Of a stretch of DNA of 52,705 nucleotides, positions 9,001 to 19,128 are shown piece after piece. How positions within the stretch are numbered: position 1 is the first letter of the stretch; every line of letters starts with the position of its first letter. The position numbers were made by a program, and so were the translations under genes. The notes beneath the pieces are model-generated. The model had not been told where the DNA came from and searched no databases. It saw only the letters and a program-made list of their open reading frames with translations. The stretch covers positions 1 to 52,705 of the forward strand of contig DAOWFS010000099.1 of NCBI GenBank assembly GCA_030637885.1, given 5' to 3'. The stretch is from Desulfobacterales bacterium (GTDB lineage Bacteria > Desulfobacterota > Desulfobacteria > Desulfobacterales > Desulfobacteraceae).

Positions 9001-9954
9001 CAATGTATACAGCGGCACTTTTCCGGAAACGACAAGTGCTTTAAAGGCATGGAAGGCTTCTTGTTTATCACATTTATAAAATATTTCCAAAATCGGATAA
9101 AAAATTTCAGGGTAGACCCCCATTGAAGAGTTTTCAATAATGTTGTAAATGACAATCCTAACTTTCTTAACCTCTTCTGTTACCAGAATCTCTAAAAGTA
9201 ACTTAGAAGGGATTTTGGTGAGTATCATTGCAAGCGCTTTAAGTCCTGTGATTTTTATTTCAGGAGATTGAGATTGTATTTCATTGGAGATAATAAGATC
9301 AGGATCTCTTAAATCAGGATTGATATTATTTAGAAATGGATCTGCATCCCTTTGCCTGTCAAAAAGACCGGCATAGAATTCGACTACTGCTTTTCGTTGT
9401 TTAATTGATCTTAAAATTCGGTTAAATGAAAATCCGAATTTCAACCTGACGCTTGGACCGGTTTGAAGATATTGATCAACAAAAGCAAGGCGGGCAGGTT
9501 CTGGAACTGTGGTAATAATTTTGCCCATGGCACCGACCGGCACAAGCCCTTTGTAAACCCCCTTAAATGCCAGATAAGACCCCTTTCCGTCAAACTCAAG
9601 CAACAGCGTCTTAAAAAAAAAATTTAAATCATTAAACGCCATTTCCGGCTTGATTTGAGCATATACCCTGGCACACACAGACGCGGATACTTTCATGCCT
9701 TTTAACCATTGCTCTTTATCGGATGGATCTGCTAAAAGGTTGCGAATTTTTGTTTGAATGGCCTCAAGACCTATTCTGGCATTATTTCTTACAGAAAAAT
9801 GATAAGATATTATACCAGCCAAAACCGGTAGGATTGCATGGCTTGGGTCTAAATTCTCTGAGTTTTTAACAACGACAGCCTTTTCTTCTTCAGATAATTT
9901 TTCCCATTGGGCTTCAAATGTATTGAAATCAAAATCTGTGATTAAAGATGTCAT
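6082..9954 (-). CDS. cyaA: Class I adenylate cyclase fused to an N-terminal helical region and a pentapeptide-repeat domain
   Basis: C-terminal half has CyaA motifs PFLLH, GSTGSLAQTADSDIDYW (GS...DxD), EEFYRT and EYFGASMWQ..K...SPFKS. Residues ~464-618 show strict 5-residue periodicity (NADLS, NCDFS, RASFL, NAFFK, NADLK, DASFL). Confidence 0.9.
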   Translation of the reverse strand: MTSLITDFDFNTFEAQWEKLSEEEKAVVVKNSENLDPSHAILPVLAGIISYHFSVRNNARIGLEAIQTKIRNLLADPSDKEQWLKGMKVSASVCARVYAQIKPEMAFNDLNFFFKTLLLEFDGKGSYLAFKGVYKGLVPVGAMGKIITTVPEPARLAFVDQYLQTGPSVRLKFGFSFNRILRSIKQRKAVVEFYAGLFDRQRDADPFLNNINPDLRDPDLIISNEIQSQSPEIKITGLKALAMILTKIPSKLLLEILVTEEVKKVRIVIYNIIENSSMGVYPEIFYPILEIFYKCDKQEAFHAFKALVVSGKVPLYTLLEIVRDNYPTLIPVINIEISALSKISFFFIQDIALNKEKYLNSNFEVNLACVLGMIKKRPERVVKILKKYDNDSKDSVRIDVIQFIEKTKQLLTQEKLSIEAEFNPTIQLVKQESKKSKGLIKKLFLSPSEKKIEVLKARKEAASIDFEGEIINNADLSSSTFIAPALFFNKCIIQNCDFSRASFLNAFFKSSIFYNIDMQKTQFDGVNFDNAFFINVNAKGAVFKNCSFQNVSIYNCNFNNADLKDASFLSSTISRTSFNQTDLFCACFAYSKISAVSFLNSHIDQTDFSGVHARFCRFPLNSKSLIRTDNLDYNARKFQLSFKDMPHMDERIVSEIDMLIFSEFIHYGEIKFLKQNQLSLLTAFDIFKPKQADLFQIIPFLLHENIVFPGAENIHDRTPHGLCDYIPSLETQEVLKKYISDDAFVARRLPNYTIEGLFTIGSTGSLAQTADSDIDYWVCINEENFSFKDIKLFKKKLEILENMAGKQFDTKVTFFLVDILKAKNSDFGDSTIESSGSAQTRLLKEEFYRTMIYVAGKIPLWSVLPTAISINYYNSILNDVANLTKQKRYIDLGDIHAISTSEYFGASMWQMFKWLKSPFKSVIKMALLEKYIYEYGKESLLCNKYKDEWMNSGEHLKLAQNDSYYILLKYLLKYYETAKDEKSVEILLSCFFLKLGISKDSEIENTVFGLRKILLEKCMSKWGWNKEKIFKIGSFKTWVYSDIAKLSNTIEKYMVKKYKIVNKTFERQFHGRSMISPEDRTVLGRKVFIEFSKQKGKVEKVLLISRSDRHFQGLHLKYVKKNNQIGTWELFNKNARLLSNQEESLSKANTIEEIGAWLINNSLYNENITINLVPNPTYVTFDDIRKLFKNIYDFFSPVLNKVISFDQLLLKNRVVCLFISINFYAPKQQRKVTEYTAIYLNSWGEMFCKSFYSDQGFSTMEETKKDIMNKIGIKKLPLNTAFYFSKGVAR
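8101..8565 (-). repeat. Pentapeptide-repeat coding region (about 30 units) inside cyaA
   Basis: A large hydrophobic residue (F/L/I) recurs every fifth position over about 155 aa. Confidence 0.88.
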
Positions 9955-10059
9955 GGTAAATATAATTTTCCCGTTTTTACATTTATAAATAAAAATGATA
10001 TATGGGTATGTTTAAAATCAATATAGTAATTTAACTTTTATACCACAATAGAATAATTT

Positions 10060-12000
10060 ATGAAATTATTTGAGCCTGACAACAAAAATAAAGACTTGGC
10101 AAATGCATACACTGCCAAATCAATCGAAGTATTAAAAGGTCTGGATCCTGTTAAAAGACGACCCGGAATGTACACGGACACTTCAAGCCCGGATCACCTG
10201 GTATTTGAAGTTATCGACAACAGTGTTGATGAAGCCATTGCAGGATATGCCACCCGAATTGATGTGGTATTAAAAACGGATCAATCCATTATTGTTTCGG
10301 ACAATGGTCGCGGGATGCCGGTGGATATTCATCCTGAAGAAAAAATATCCGGTGTGGAATTGATTATGTCAAAGCTTCATGCCGGCGCCAAATTTTCCAA
10401 TAAAGACTATAGTTATTCAGGAGGCCTGCACGGTGTCGGGGTTTCTGTTGTCAATGCATTGTCTTCCAGTTTAACAATTCATATCAGAAGGGACGGACAA
10501 GAATACCGTATTGGTTTTAAAAACGGGTATAAGACACAAGAGCTGACAATTATCAAAGAAATCAGACCCAAAAAAACCGGTACATCTCTTCAATTTTACC
10601 CTGATGTTTCCTATTTTGATAAACCAACATTCTCAAAGGCAGCTTTAAAAACAGCTTTAAAATCAAAATCAATTCTTTGCAAGGGACTTGTCACCAGCTT
10701 TTATGATGAAGAATCTAAAGAAAAAAAAATCTGGAAATATGATCATGGCATAGATGATTATTTAAATGAAAATTTAAAAGAAAAAAAATGCATATTTTCT
10801 TCTCCTTTTGCAGGAAAGATTGCCGGAGAAGACCTTCATATCATATGGGCTATTAACTGGACCGTGGAATCAGGCCCGAACCCTGAAGAAAGCTATGTAA
10901 ATCTTATTCCCACAAAGTTAGGCGGAACCCATGTCAATGGATTTAGATCAGGGCTTTTGGAATCCATCAGAGAATTTTGCAAATTCAGAAATCTTTTACC
11001 TAAAGGATTATACCTTGCTCCCGAAGATATCTGGGATAGAGTCGGTTATATTCTTTCTGTCAAGCTCTCCGACGCACAGTTTTCCGGGCAGACAAAAGAA
11101 AGGCTTTCTTCACGTCATTGTGCCAATCTTGTGAATATCCAAGTCAGGGATGCATTCAGTTTATGGCTGAATCAGAATATCGAACAAGGAGAAAAACTTG
11201 CAGGCATTGCCATTGAAAATGCAAAAAATCGTGTGAAAAAAGCTAAAAAAGTCACAAAAAAAAGGGCATCAAACGGCATCAGGCTTCCTGCCAAATTATC
11301 CGATTGCTCAAGTGTTGATCAGGAAAGACGCGAACTGTTTTTTGTTGAAGGGGATTCTGCCGGAGGTTCTGCCAAACAGGCAAGAGATCGACGGTTTCAA
11401 GCTATCATGCCTTTAAGGGGAAAAATTTTAAATACCTGGGATATTGAATCTTCCGCCATTATTGAATCTAAAGAAATCAGGGATGTTTCTCAGGTTCTAG
11501 GTGTTTTACCCGGATCAGATGATATTTCAAAGCTTCGGTATAATAAAATATGTGTTCTGGCAGATGCTGACTCAGACGGACTGCATATTGCTACATTGCT
11601 GTGTGCCTTGTTTTTAAAGCACTTCCCCCAAATTGTAAAAGGCGGACATATATTTATTGCCATGCCGCCGTTATACAGAATAGACGTTGGTAAAGAAGTT
11701 TTTTACGCATTGGACGACCCGGAAAAAGACAATATTATAAAAAGAATAAACCGTCGCAAAAAACACGGTAAAATAAATATTCAAAGATTTAAAGGGCTCG
11801 GTGAGATGAATCCTGCACAGCTCAAGGAAACAACCATATCACCGGATTCAAGACGACTTGTCCAATTGTCTGTAGACAATAATTGTGAAGAATCAATGAA
11901 AAAAGTTTATGAAATCATGGATATGCTCTTAGGGAAGAAAAGAGCAAAAGACAGAAAAAGCTGGATTGAAGCCAACGGCCAAATAAAAGAGATTGAATAA
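10060..12000 (+). CDS. parE: DNA topoisomerase IV subunit B
   Basis: [41 protein letters not shown] and DADSDG. Coupled to parC. Confidence 0.95.
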   Translation: MKLFEPDNKNKDLANAYTAKSIEVLKGLDPVKRRPGMYTDTSSPDHLVFEVIDNSVDEAIAGYATRIDVVLKTDQSIIVSDNGRGMPVDIHPEEKISGVELIMSKLHAGAKFSNKDYSYSGGLHGVGVSVVNALSSSLTIHIRRDGQEYRIGFKNGYKTQELTIIKEIRPKKTGTSLQFYPDVSYFDKPTFSKAALKTALKSKSILCKGLVTSFYDEESKEKKIWKYDHGIDDYLNENLKEKKCIFSSPFAGKIAGEDLHIIWAINWTVESGPNPEESYVNLIPTKLGGTHVNGFRSGLLESIREFCKFRNLLPKGLYLAPEDIWDRVGYILSVKLSDAQFSGQTKERLSSRHCANLVNIQVRDAFSLWLNQNIEQGEKLAGIAIENAKNRVKKAKKVTKKRASNGIRLPAKLSDCSSVDQERRELFFVEGDSAGGSAKQARDRRFQAIMPLRGKILNTWDIESSAIIESKEIRDVSQVLGVLPGSDDISKLRYNKICVLADADSDGLHIATLLCALFLKHFPQIVKGGHIFIAMPPLYRIDVGKEVFYALDDPEKDNIIKRINRRKKHGKINIQRFKGLGEMNPAQLKETTISPDSRRLVQLSVDNNCEESMKKVYEIMDMLLGKKRAKDRKSWIEANGQIKEIE

Positions 12001-14273
12001 TGAAAGAAACACTTCCATCCGAGATTCAAGATTATGAAAAAATACCTTTTCAGGACTTTGCCGAAAAAGCGTATTTAAACTATTCCATGTATGTTATTTT
12101 AGATCGCGCCCTGCCCCATATCAGCGATGGTTTAAAACCGGTTCAAAGAAGAATTATCTATGCCATGAGCCAATTGGGATTATTGTCTACAGCCAAATTT
12201 AAAAAATCAGCAAGAACGGTGGGTGATGTACTGGGCAAGTTCCATCCCCATGGTGATTCAGCCTGTTATGAAGCTATGGTTCTTTTGGCACAGCCTTTTT
12301 CTTTAAGATACCCTTTGGTTGATGGTCAGGGGAACTGGGGTGATCCCAATGATCCAAAATCCTTTGCAGCCATGAGGTATACGGAATCCAGATTATCAAA
12401 ATATGCGCAAATTTTTCTTCATGAACTTGATCAGGGAACCGTTGACTGGGTCCCTAATTTTGACGGCACTCTCAACGAACCTACCATGCTTCCTGCCCGG
12501 CTGCCGAATATTTTGCTGAATGGTTCCACCGGTATTGCCGTGGGCATGGCCACTAATATTTTGCCGCATAACCTGCGTGAAGTTGCAAAAGCGTTGATCC
12601 ATTTGATTGATAATGAAGACACGAGCCTTGATAAAATCTGCAACTTCATCAAAGGGCCTGACTTTCCCACCAATGCTGAAATCATTACGCCTGCGCCTGA
12701 GATAAAAGAGATCTACAGAACAGGTACGGGCAGGATAAAAATGCGGGCAAAATTTCACGTGGAAGATTCGGAAATAATTTTTACTGCTCTGCCCCATCAT
12801 GCCTCCACTGAAAAAATATACGAACAGGTTGCTTCCCAGATGGAAGCCAAAAAACTTCCAATGGTCATTGATATAAGAGATGAGTCAGACCATGAAGAAC
12901 CCACACGACTTGTCGTGATTCCAAGATCAAACAGGGTGGATCTCAATGCATTAACAGATCATCTTTTTGCAACCACTGATCTTGAAAAATCATACTCGGT
13001 TAACATGAATATGATTGGAACTAACGGCAGGCCACAGGTTAAGAATCTGCTTGATATCCTGAAAGAATGGCTGGAATTTCGAGCAGAAACTGTAAGAAAA
13101 AAATTGAAATTCAGGCTGGAAAAAATATTAAACCGTCTTCACATCTTAGAAGGCCTTCTTATTGCCTTTCTTAATATTGATGAAGTGATTAAAATTATCA
13201 GAGGATCTGATAAGCCCAAAAAAGATCTGATTAAAGCCTTTTCATTAACCGAAATCCAGGCTGCTGCGATCCTGGAAATCAGGCTGCGTCAACTTGCCAG
13301 GTTAGAAGAAATCAAAATTAAATCCGAATTAAAAGATCTTGAAGCCCAAAGAAAAAATCTTGAAAAAATCCTTGGATGTGAAAAAACATTTAAAAAATAT
13401 ATAAAAAATGAAATAAAATCTGATGCAAAAAAATTTGGTGATAAAAGACGATCACCAATAAAAAAACGCAAGGAAGCAGAAAAATTTTCTGTTACCGATG
13501 TAATGGACATTACGCCTGTAACCGTTATTCTGTCCAGAAACGGCTGGATTCGATCTGCCAAAGGTCATGAGATTAACCCTGAAACAGTTAAGTTTAAATC
13601 CGGGGATTCGCTTATGGGACATTTAAGGACAAAAAGCGATAAACCCATCATATTTTTGGATAATACCGGCAGAAGCTATATGCTTTATTCCCACACACTT
13701 CCCTCGGCAAGGGGAAATGGGGAACCTTTAACCGGCCACTTGTCTATTCAACCCAATGCCCATATCAAATATATGTTATCCGGAAAAAATAACAATCATT
13801 TACTGATGGGTTCTGACAGCGGTTATGGATTTATTATTAAATTTTCTGATTTATTAACCAATTATAAGAATGGTAAAGCGGTTATCACTTTAAAAACAAA
13901 TCATCAATTATTAAGTCCGCAGAATGTTGTTGATCTGGAAAAAGACAGTATTGTTGCCGTCACTTCACATGGCAGGCTCTTGATATTTACATTGAAGCAA
14001 CTGCCAAACCTGAAAAAAGGCCAGGGAAATAAAATCATTTCCATCCCTAAAAAAAAGCTGGATTCAATGAATCCTGAAAAACTTAAGTTCCTTAAAATAT
14101 TGCCATTAGGCTCTAATATTGTTATACACGCAGGCAGGCACTTCCTCAAATTGAGCCCTGGAAATCAAAAAGATTATACAGGAATGAGAGGCCACAGGGG
14201 AAAAAAGCTTCCCCGTGGGTACCAAAATGTTGATAAAATTGAAATTGTGCCCATTGAACCCGGTAATAACTAA
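12000..14273 (+). CDS. parC: DNA topoisomerase IV subunit A
   Basis: [13 protein letters not shown] (ParC-type QRDR with wild-type Ser/Glu), catalytic AAMRYTE, and a short CTD with no canonical GyrA-box seen. Confidence 0.95.
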   Translation: MKETLPSEIQDYEKIPFQDFAEKAYLNYSMYVILDRALPHISDGLKPVQRRIIYAMSQLGLLSTAKFKKSARTVGDVLGKFHPHGDSACYEAMVLLAQPFSLRYPLVDGQGNWGDPNDPKSFAAMRYTESRLSKYAQIFLHELDQGTVDWVPNFDGTLNEPTMLPARLPNILLNGSTGIAVGMATNILPHNLREVAKALIHLIDNEDTSLDKICNFIKGPDFPTNAEIITPAPEIKEIYRTGTGRIKMRAKFHVEDSEIIFTALPHHASTEKIYEQVASQMEAKKLPMVIDIRDESDHEEPTRLVVIPRSNRVDLNALTDHLFATTDLEKSYSVNMNMIGTNGRPQVKNLLDILKEWLEFRAETVRKKLKFRLEKILNRLHILEGLLIAFLNIDEVIKIIRGSDKPKKDLIKAFSLTEIQAAAILEIRLRQLARLEEIKIKSELKDLEAQRKNLEKILGCEKTFKKYIKNEIKSDAKKFGDKRRSPIKKRKEAEKFSVTDVMDITPVTVILSRNGWIRSAKGHEINPETVKFKSGDSLMGHLRTKSDKPIIFLDNTGRSYMLYSHTLPSARGNGEPLTGHLSIQPNAHIKYMLSGKNNNHLLMGSDSGYGFIIKFSDLLTNYKNGKAVITLKTNHQLLSPQNVVDLEKDSIVAVTSHGRLLIFTLKQLPNLKKGQGNKIISIPKKKLDSMNPEKLKFLKILPLGSNIVIHAGRHFLKLSPGNQKDYTGMRGHRGKKLPRGYQNVDKIEIVPIEPGNN

Positions 14274-14275
14274 CA

Positions 14276-15658
14276 ATGAAAAAAAAATATTTTAATTATT
14301 TTATCTTAACAAACCTCATTGGTTTATTGTCTTTTTTTGTTTTTTTGTCCGTATTAATTCATAATAAGGAGTTTGGTTCAGATCTAAGCCGTGTAGAAAG
14401 AATCAAAAAGACCGGAATCCTGAGATTAATCACAAACAATTCCATTAATACTTATTATTACTACAACGGGCAACCTACCGGATTTGAGTATGATCTTGCC
14501 AGGGAGTTTGCCAAATTTCTCAATGTTGATCTTGATATTGTCACCCCTGGCTGGAACAACATGTTTCCTTATCTTGAACAGGGAAAAGGTGATTTTATCG
14601 CATCAGGGCTTGCCATAACAAGCAAGAGGCTTGAAAAGGTTAATTTTTCAATTCCTTATATGACCATTCAACAGCATATGGTCCATCATAAGTTGGTTTT
14701 CGGACCTAAAAATATTGAAGACCTGACCTTTAGAACCTTACATGTTCGCCGGGGGACCTCTTATCACTCACGGCTTGAAGAAATCAAAAAATCCGGTATT
14801 GATTTTAATTATATCCTTCATGACAATATTCCTACCGAAGAACTGATTCGTATGGTCCATGATAGAAAAATAAAATTTACCGTTGCTGACAATAATATTG
14901 CTTATTTAAACCAAAGATATTATCCGGATATCAGGATTGGGATTCCTTTGCAGCAGAAAGAATCCCTTGCCTGGGCAGTCAACAAGAATGATTCACAAAT
15001 GCTGGAGCAGATCAATAAATTTTTTCTTTATGCAAATAAAACAGGAAAATTAAAACAAATCGTTGATAAGTATTATTCAAATATTGAAGATTCAGATCCC
15101 TTTGACTTAAAAAGATTTCATCAAAGAATTAAAACCAGGCTGCCAAAATATAAAAAAATTATTATTACTGAATCCATAAAATATGGTTTTGACTGGAAAC
15201 TTTTAGCCGCAGTTGTTTACCAGGAATCCCATTTTAACCCAAATGCAAAAAGCTTTACAAATGTCAGAGGATTGATGCAGGTTACAATAGTTACAGCCGA
15301 AGAAATGGGTATCGAAAATCGACTCAAGCCTTCACAAAGCATTAAAGCAGGCATAAAATATCTTGATAAAATGATTAAAAAATTCGACTATCTTGAAGAT
15401 GATTATGAAAGGATATTGTTTGCTTTAGCCAGTTACAATATCGGGTATGGCCATGTGACCGATGCCATAAAAATTGCCAAAGCTATGAATTTGGATGAAA
15501 CCAAATGGCAGAGTTTAAAAACAACACTGCCATTACTATCAAAATCAAAATATTATAAAAAAACCAAACATGGTTATGCAAGAGGCTGGGAGCCGGTTCA
15601 ATATGTTGATCGTATCCTTACCTATTTTGATATACTTAAACAAAAAGAAATTTATTAA
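14276..15658 (+). CDS. mltF: Membrane-bound lytic murein transglycosylase F
   Basis: SBP-family-3-like N-domain (GFEYDLA) plus SLT domain (YQESHF, GLMQ, ASYNIG, YARGWEP). Confidence 0.92.
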   Translation: MKKKYFNYFILTNLIGLLSFFVFLSVLIHNKEFGSDLSRVERIKKTGILRLITNNSINTYYYYNGQPTGFEYDLAREFAKFLNVDLDIVTPGWNNMFPYLEQGKGDFIASGLAITSKRLEKVNFSIPYMTIQQHMVHHKLVFGPKNIEDLTFRTLHVRRGTSYHSRLEEIKKSGIDFNYILHDNIPTEELIRMVHDRKIKFTVADNNIAYLNQRYYPDIRIGIPLQQKESLAWAVNKNDSQMLEQINKFFLYANKTGKLKQIVDKYYSNIEDSDPFDLKRFHQRIKTRLPKYKKIIITESIKYGFDWKLLAAVVYQESHFNPNAKSFTNVRGLMQVTIVTAEEMGIENRLKPSQSIKAGIKYLDKMIKKFDYLEDDYERILFALASYNIGYGHVTDAIKIAKAMNLDETKWQSLKTTLPLLSKSKYYKKTKHGYARGWEPVQYVDRILTYFDILKQKEIY

Positions 15659-15694
15659 AATTTTTGTCACATTTCTGATTCAAGGAGCTGTTAA

Positions 15695-17440
15695 ATGGAG
15701 CTAAAATCAGCTTTAAACCGTTTCATGGTCCAGATGACTGCACTTTCCCTGTTCATTTTTTTATTATTCGGAGGTATCTTTCTTTTTTATTTTTTTTCTG
15801 AGACGGAGTTAACAAATATTCATCCTTTTTATATGATTATATTCGGGATGATACTGGTGGGCATCCCTGTTTTACAATTTTTACTTGTTAAAAGATTAAA
15901 AAAAATAATTTTCAACAATCTTGCGACCCAAAAAGAATTTAACGAAAGTGAAAGAAAATACGAATCTATTATAGAAAACATACAGATTGGTGTTGCAAGA
16001 ACAACTCCGGGAGAGAAAGGAAAACACATTGAAGTCAATTCATGGCTTGCAATAATGCTTGGATATTCAAAAGAAGAGTTGAAAAACATACCCGTTGCAG
16101 ATCTCTACCTGGACGATAAAAAAAGAAAAATTTTTTCAAATAAAATCAGTCGCTTTGACATAGTACGGCATGAAGAATTAAAACTATGTAAAAAAGATGG
16201 ATCAATTATTATAGTTTCTGCTGCAGGACAGGCCGTGCGTGATAAAAATGGAAAAGTAAAATACTTTGATTTGATTCTTGAAGATATCACTGATGAAAAA
16301 TACTCTCAGGAAGAATTTTTAAAAAGTGAAAAACTTAAATCTATTGGGACTCTTGCCGGTGGCATTGCCCACGATTTTAATAATATTTTAACGGGGCTGT
16401 ATGGAAATATTGCTCTTGCCAAACTGGAACTGACGCCTGAAGACGAGGCATTTCAACTGATCCAGGATGCGGAACAATCAATGACAAAGGCTACTGATTT
16501 AACCCAGCAGCTATTAACCTTTGCACGAGGTGGAGACCCCATTAAAGAACCTATCACCATCGGTCAGATTGTCAAAGAGGCTGCAAGCTTTAACCTGTCC
16601 GGCAGCAACATAAAGCTGATAATGAGTGTTGATGATCAATTATGGCGTGTCCACGCAGATAAAGGACAGATCGGCCTGGTTACTTCAAATCTTGTTATTA
16701 ATGCCCGCCATGCAATGCCGGAGGGGGGGAACTTAAGAATTGCTGTTCAAAACATCAGAATAGCAGAAAACGAGCTTAAGCCCTTATCTTCCGGAAAATA
16801 CATAAAAATAATAATTCAGGATGAAGGAATTGGTATTTCCCGGGATTATATTGCCAAAATTTTTGATCCATATTTTACAACTAAACAGACTGGATGCGGT
16901 ATGGGACTTTCTACCGCCTATTCAATTTTAAAAAAACATAACGGATTGATAACCGTTTCATCCCGTATTGGCAATGGCGCGTCATTTTGTCTTTATCTTC
17001 CTGCATTAGAAAAAGACAAAAAGCCTTCATCATTGATTGAACCAAAAGTTCAATCAAATGTAAAATCAGCAAATATTTTAATCATGGATGATGATGAGCA
17101 GGTCTGTAACATTGCCAAAAAAATGATCCAAAAATTTGAATTTAAGGCAACGGCAGTCTCAGAAGGCCGCCAGGCAATTTCCATTTATAAACAAGCTTTA
17201 AAGGATGATAACGCTTTTGACCTGATATTAATGGATCTGACCATACCGGGTGGAATGGGTGGCAAGGAAACAATTTTAAAAATTCTTGAAATTGATCCAA
17301 ATGCACGGGCAGTTGTAATAAGTGGATATTCCAATGATCCTGTTTTATCCAATTACAAAGACTACGGCTTTAAGGGGATGCTTGTGAAACCATTTAGAAT
17401 ATCAGAACTTAGGAAAATCCTTGATAAGGTACTCAAATAA
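15695..17440 (+). CDS. Hybrid sensor kinase (2 TM, PAS, HisKA, HATPase, REC)
   Basis: LAGGIAHDFNNIL, NARHAM, DEGIGI, FDPYFTTK, ILIMDDD and LMDLTIP. Confidence 0.92.
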   Translation: MELKSALNRFMVQMTALSLFIFLLFGGIFLFYFFSETELTNIHPFYMIIFGMILVGIPVLQFLLVKRLKKIIFNNLATQKEFNESERKYESIIENIQIGVARTTPGEKGKHIEVNSWLAIMLGYSKEELKNIPVADLYLDDKKRKIFSNKISRFDIVRHEELKLCKKDGSIIIVSAAGQAVRDKNGKVKYFDLILEDITDEKYSQEEFLKSEKLKSIGTLAGGIAHDFNNILTGLYGNIALAKLELTPEDEAFQLIQDAEQSMTKATDLTQQLLTFARGGDPIKEPITIGQIVKEAASFNLSGSNIKLIMSVDDQLWRVHADKGQIGLVTSNLVINARHAMPEGGNLRIAVQNIRIAENELKPLSSGKYIKIIIQDEGIGISRDYIAKIFDPYFTTKQTGCGMGLSTAYSILKKHNGLITVSSRIGNGASFCLYLPALEKDKKPSSLIEPKVQSNVKSANILIMDDDEQVCNIAKKMIQKFEFKATAVSEGRQAISIYKQALKDDNAFDLILMDLTIPGGMGGKETILKILEIDPNARAVVISGYSNDPVLSNYKDYGFKGMLVKPFRISELRKILDKVLK

Positions 17441-17579
17441 AAACATCTTGATTAAAGTAAGTTTTACTGTGTCAAAAGAATAAAGAATTTGACTTGATCC
17501 ATTCAATTTACTACTTAAAATTCAACAATTTTTATTTGAATAAAAAAAAATTTAAAATTTAAATTCAAGAGAAAAATTA

Positions 17580-19055
17580 ATGACAAAAAAAATTTTAATC
17601 AACGCACTGGATTCTGATGAAAACAGAATTGTAACAATTAAAGATAACAAGCTTGAACAATTTCACATTGAAACAACAGCCAAACAGGTAACTCAGGGCA
17701 ATATTTACAAAGGTATTGTTACAAGAGTTGAACCAAGCCTTCAGGCTGTTTTTGTCGATTATGGAGAGCCTAAGAATGGCTTTCTTCAGAAAAATGAAAT
17801 TCATAAAGACTATTTTCAGGATATTGAATCCGGCGGAAAGGCTTTATTTAATCTAATCAAAAAGGGCCAGGAACTAATTGTTCAGGTAACAAAGAACCCT
17901 ATCAGTCTAAAAGGGGCTATGCTGACAACCTATATCTCTTTGCCCGGAAGACTGTCTGTGTTAATGCCGGGAAATTCCACCAGAGGAGTATCCCGTAAGA
18001 TCAGTGATGAGGATGAGGATGAAAGAAAACGGCTGGTCAATATCATAAAAAAAATGAAAATTGCTGACGGATTCGGCATGATTGTCAGAACTGCCGGGAA
18101 AAATTCCACAAAAACCATGTTGACCGCAGATCTAAGATACCTGATGCGTGTATGGAAGAGCATTGACAAAAAAGCAGTTAAAAACAATGCCCCGTCACTG
18201 CTATACAAAGAGCAAACCCTTGCTGTAAGATCTTTAAGGGATTATTTTACATCAGACGTTAATGAGATTCTTATTGACAGCCCTGAAATTTTTAAGGAGG
18301 TAAAAGATTTCATTAGTGTTATCGCTCCGAAACAAAAAAATATAGTCAAGCTTTTCAAGGGTGAAAAACCCATATTTACCAAACATCAGCTTGAAGATCA
18401 GATTGCTTCAATTTATAAAAAAACCGTACCCCTTAAATCCGGAGGATTCCTTGTAATTGAACAGACGGAAGCTCTGGTTTCCATTGATGTAAATTCAGGA
18501 AAATCCACTAAAAAGAAAAATATTGAAGAGACTGCCTTTCATACAAATATCGAGGCTTGTGAGGAGGTTGCTCGACAATTGAGACTTCGAGATATGGGCG
18601 GGTTGATTGTGGTTGATTACATAGATATGAGAGAACGCCGGCATAAGGCTGAAATCACAAAAACCCTGAAAAAACATTTGAAATCAGATAAAGCCAAAAC
18701 AAAAGTGGGCGGTATAACAAAATTTGGTTTACTGGAAATGTCACGGCAGCGTATCCGGCATTCAATCACTTTTGGAAGTTATGAAACTTGCAGACATTGT
18801 CATGGCAGGGGTCAAATTCCTTCTGTAGAAACCCAGGGACTTGCATTCTTAAGACTATTGAACTTAAAAACATTAAAACCTGAAATCAGTGAAGCAACAG
18901 GGATTGTACCTATTGAAGTTGCAAGTTATCTATTAAACAAAAAAAGAGAGGAACTAACCCTGATTGAATCGAAAAAAAAGGTTGCAATTACCATTGAGGG
19001 TGATTTGAATATGGTTTCCGGGGAAAGTAAAGTCGTTATAATTACCCCTGAATGA
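17580..19055 (+). CDS. Rne/Rng family ribonuclease (catalytic domain only)
   Basis: GNIYKG..RVEPSLQA, IDVNSGK, RQLRLRDMGGLIVVD and the Zn-link CRHC. Confidence 0.93.
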   Translation: MTKKILINALDSDENRIVTIKDNKLEQFHIETTAKQVTQGNIYKGIVTRVEPSLQAVFVDYGEPKNGFLQKNEIHKDYFQDIESGGKALFNLIKKGQELIVQVTKNPISLKGAMLTTYISLPGRLSVLMPGNSTRGVSRKISDEDEDERKRLVNIIKKMKIADGFGMIVRTAGKNSTKTMLTADLRYLMRVWKSIDKKAVKNNAPSLLYKEQTLAVRSLRDYFTSDVNEILIDSPEIFKEVKDFISVIAPKQKNIVKLFKGEKPIFTKHQLEDQIASIYKKTVPLKSGGFLVIEQTEALVSIDVNSGKSTKKKNIEETAFHTNIEACEEVARQLRLRDMGGLIVVDYIDMRERRHKAEITKTLKKHLKSDKAKTKVGGITKFGLLEMSRQRIRHSITFGSYETCRHCHGRGQIPSVETQGLAFLRLLNLKTLKPEISEATGIVPIEVASYLLNKKREELTLIESKKKVAITIEGDLNMVSGESKVVIITPE

Positions 19056-19128
19056 AGACCTTTCTTGACATAAATCATTCTATTGTGTATCTGAAGCAAT
19101 TTCAATCTTAAATAAAAAAGGAGAATTT

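Noticed and set aside
9613-9622. A10 homopolymer in cyaA (and other A/T runs) as a phase-variation switch
   Set aside because: Such runs are common throughout this AT-rich window and the frame is intact.
18006-18023. GATGAG GATGAG GATGAA short repeat in the RNase E/G gene
   Set aside because: In-frame DE repeat, at most a two-residue duplication, with no evident consequence.
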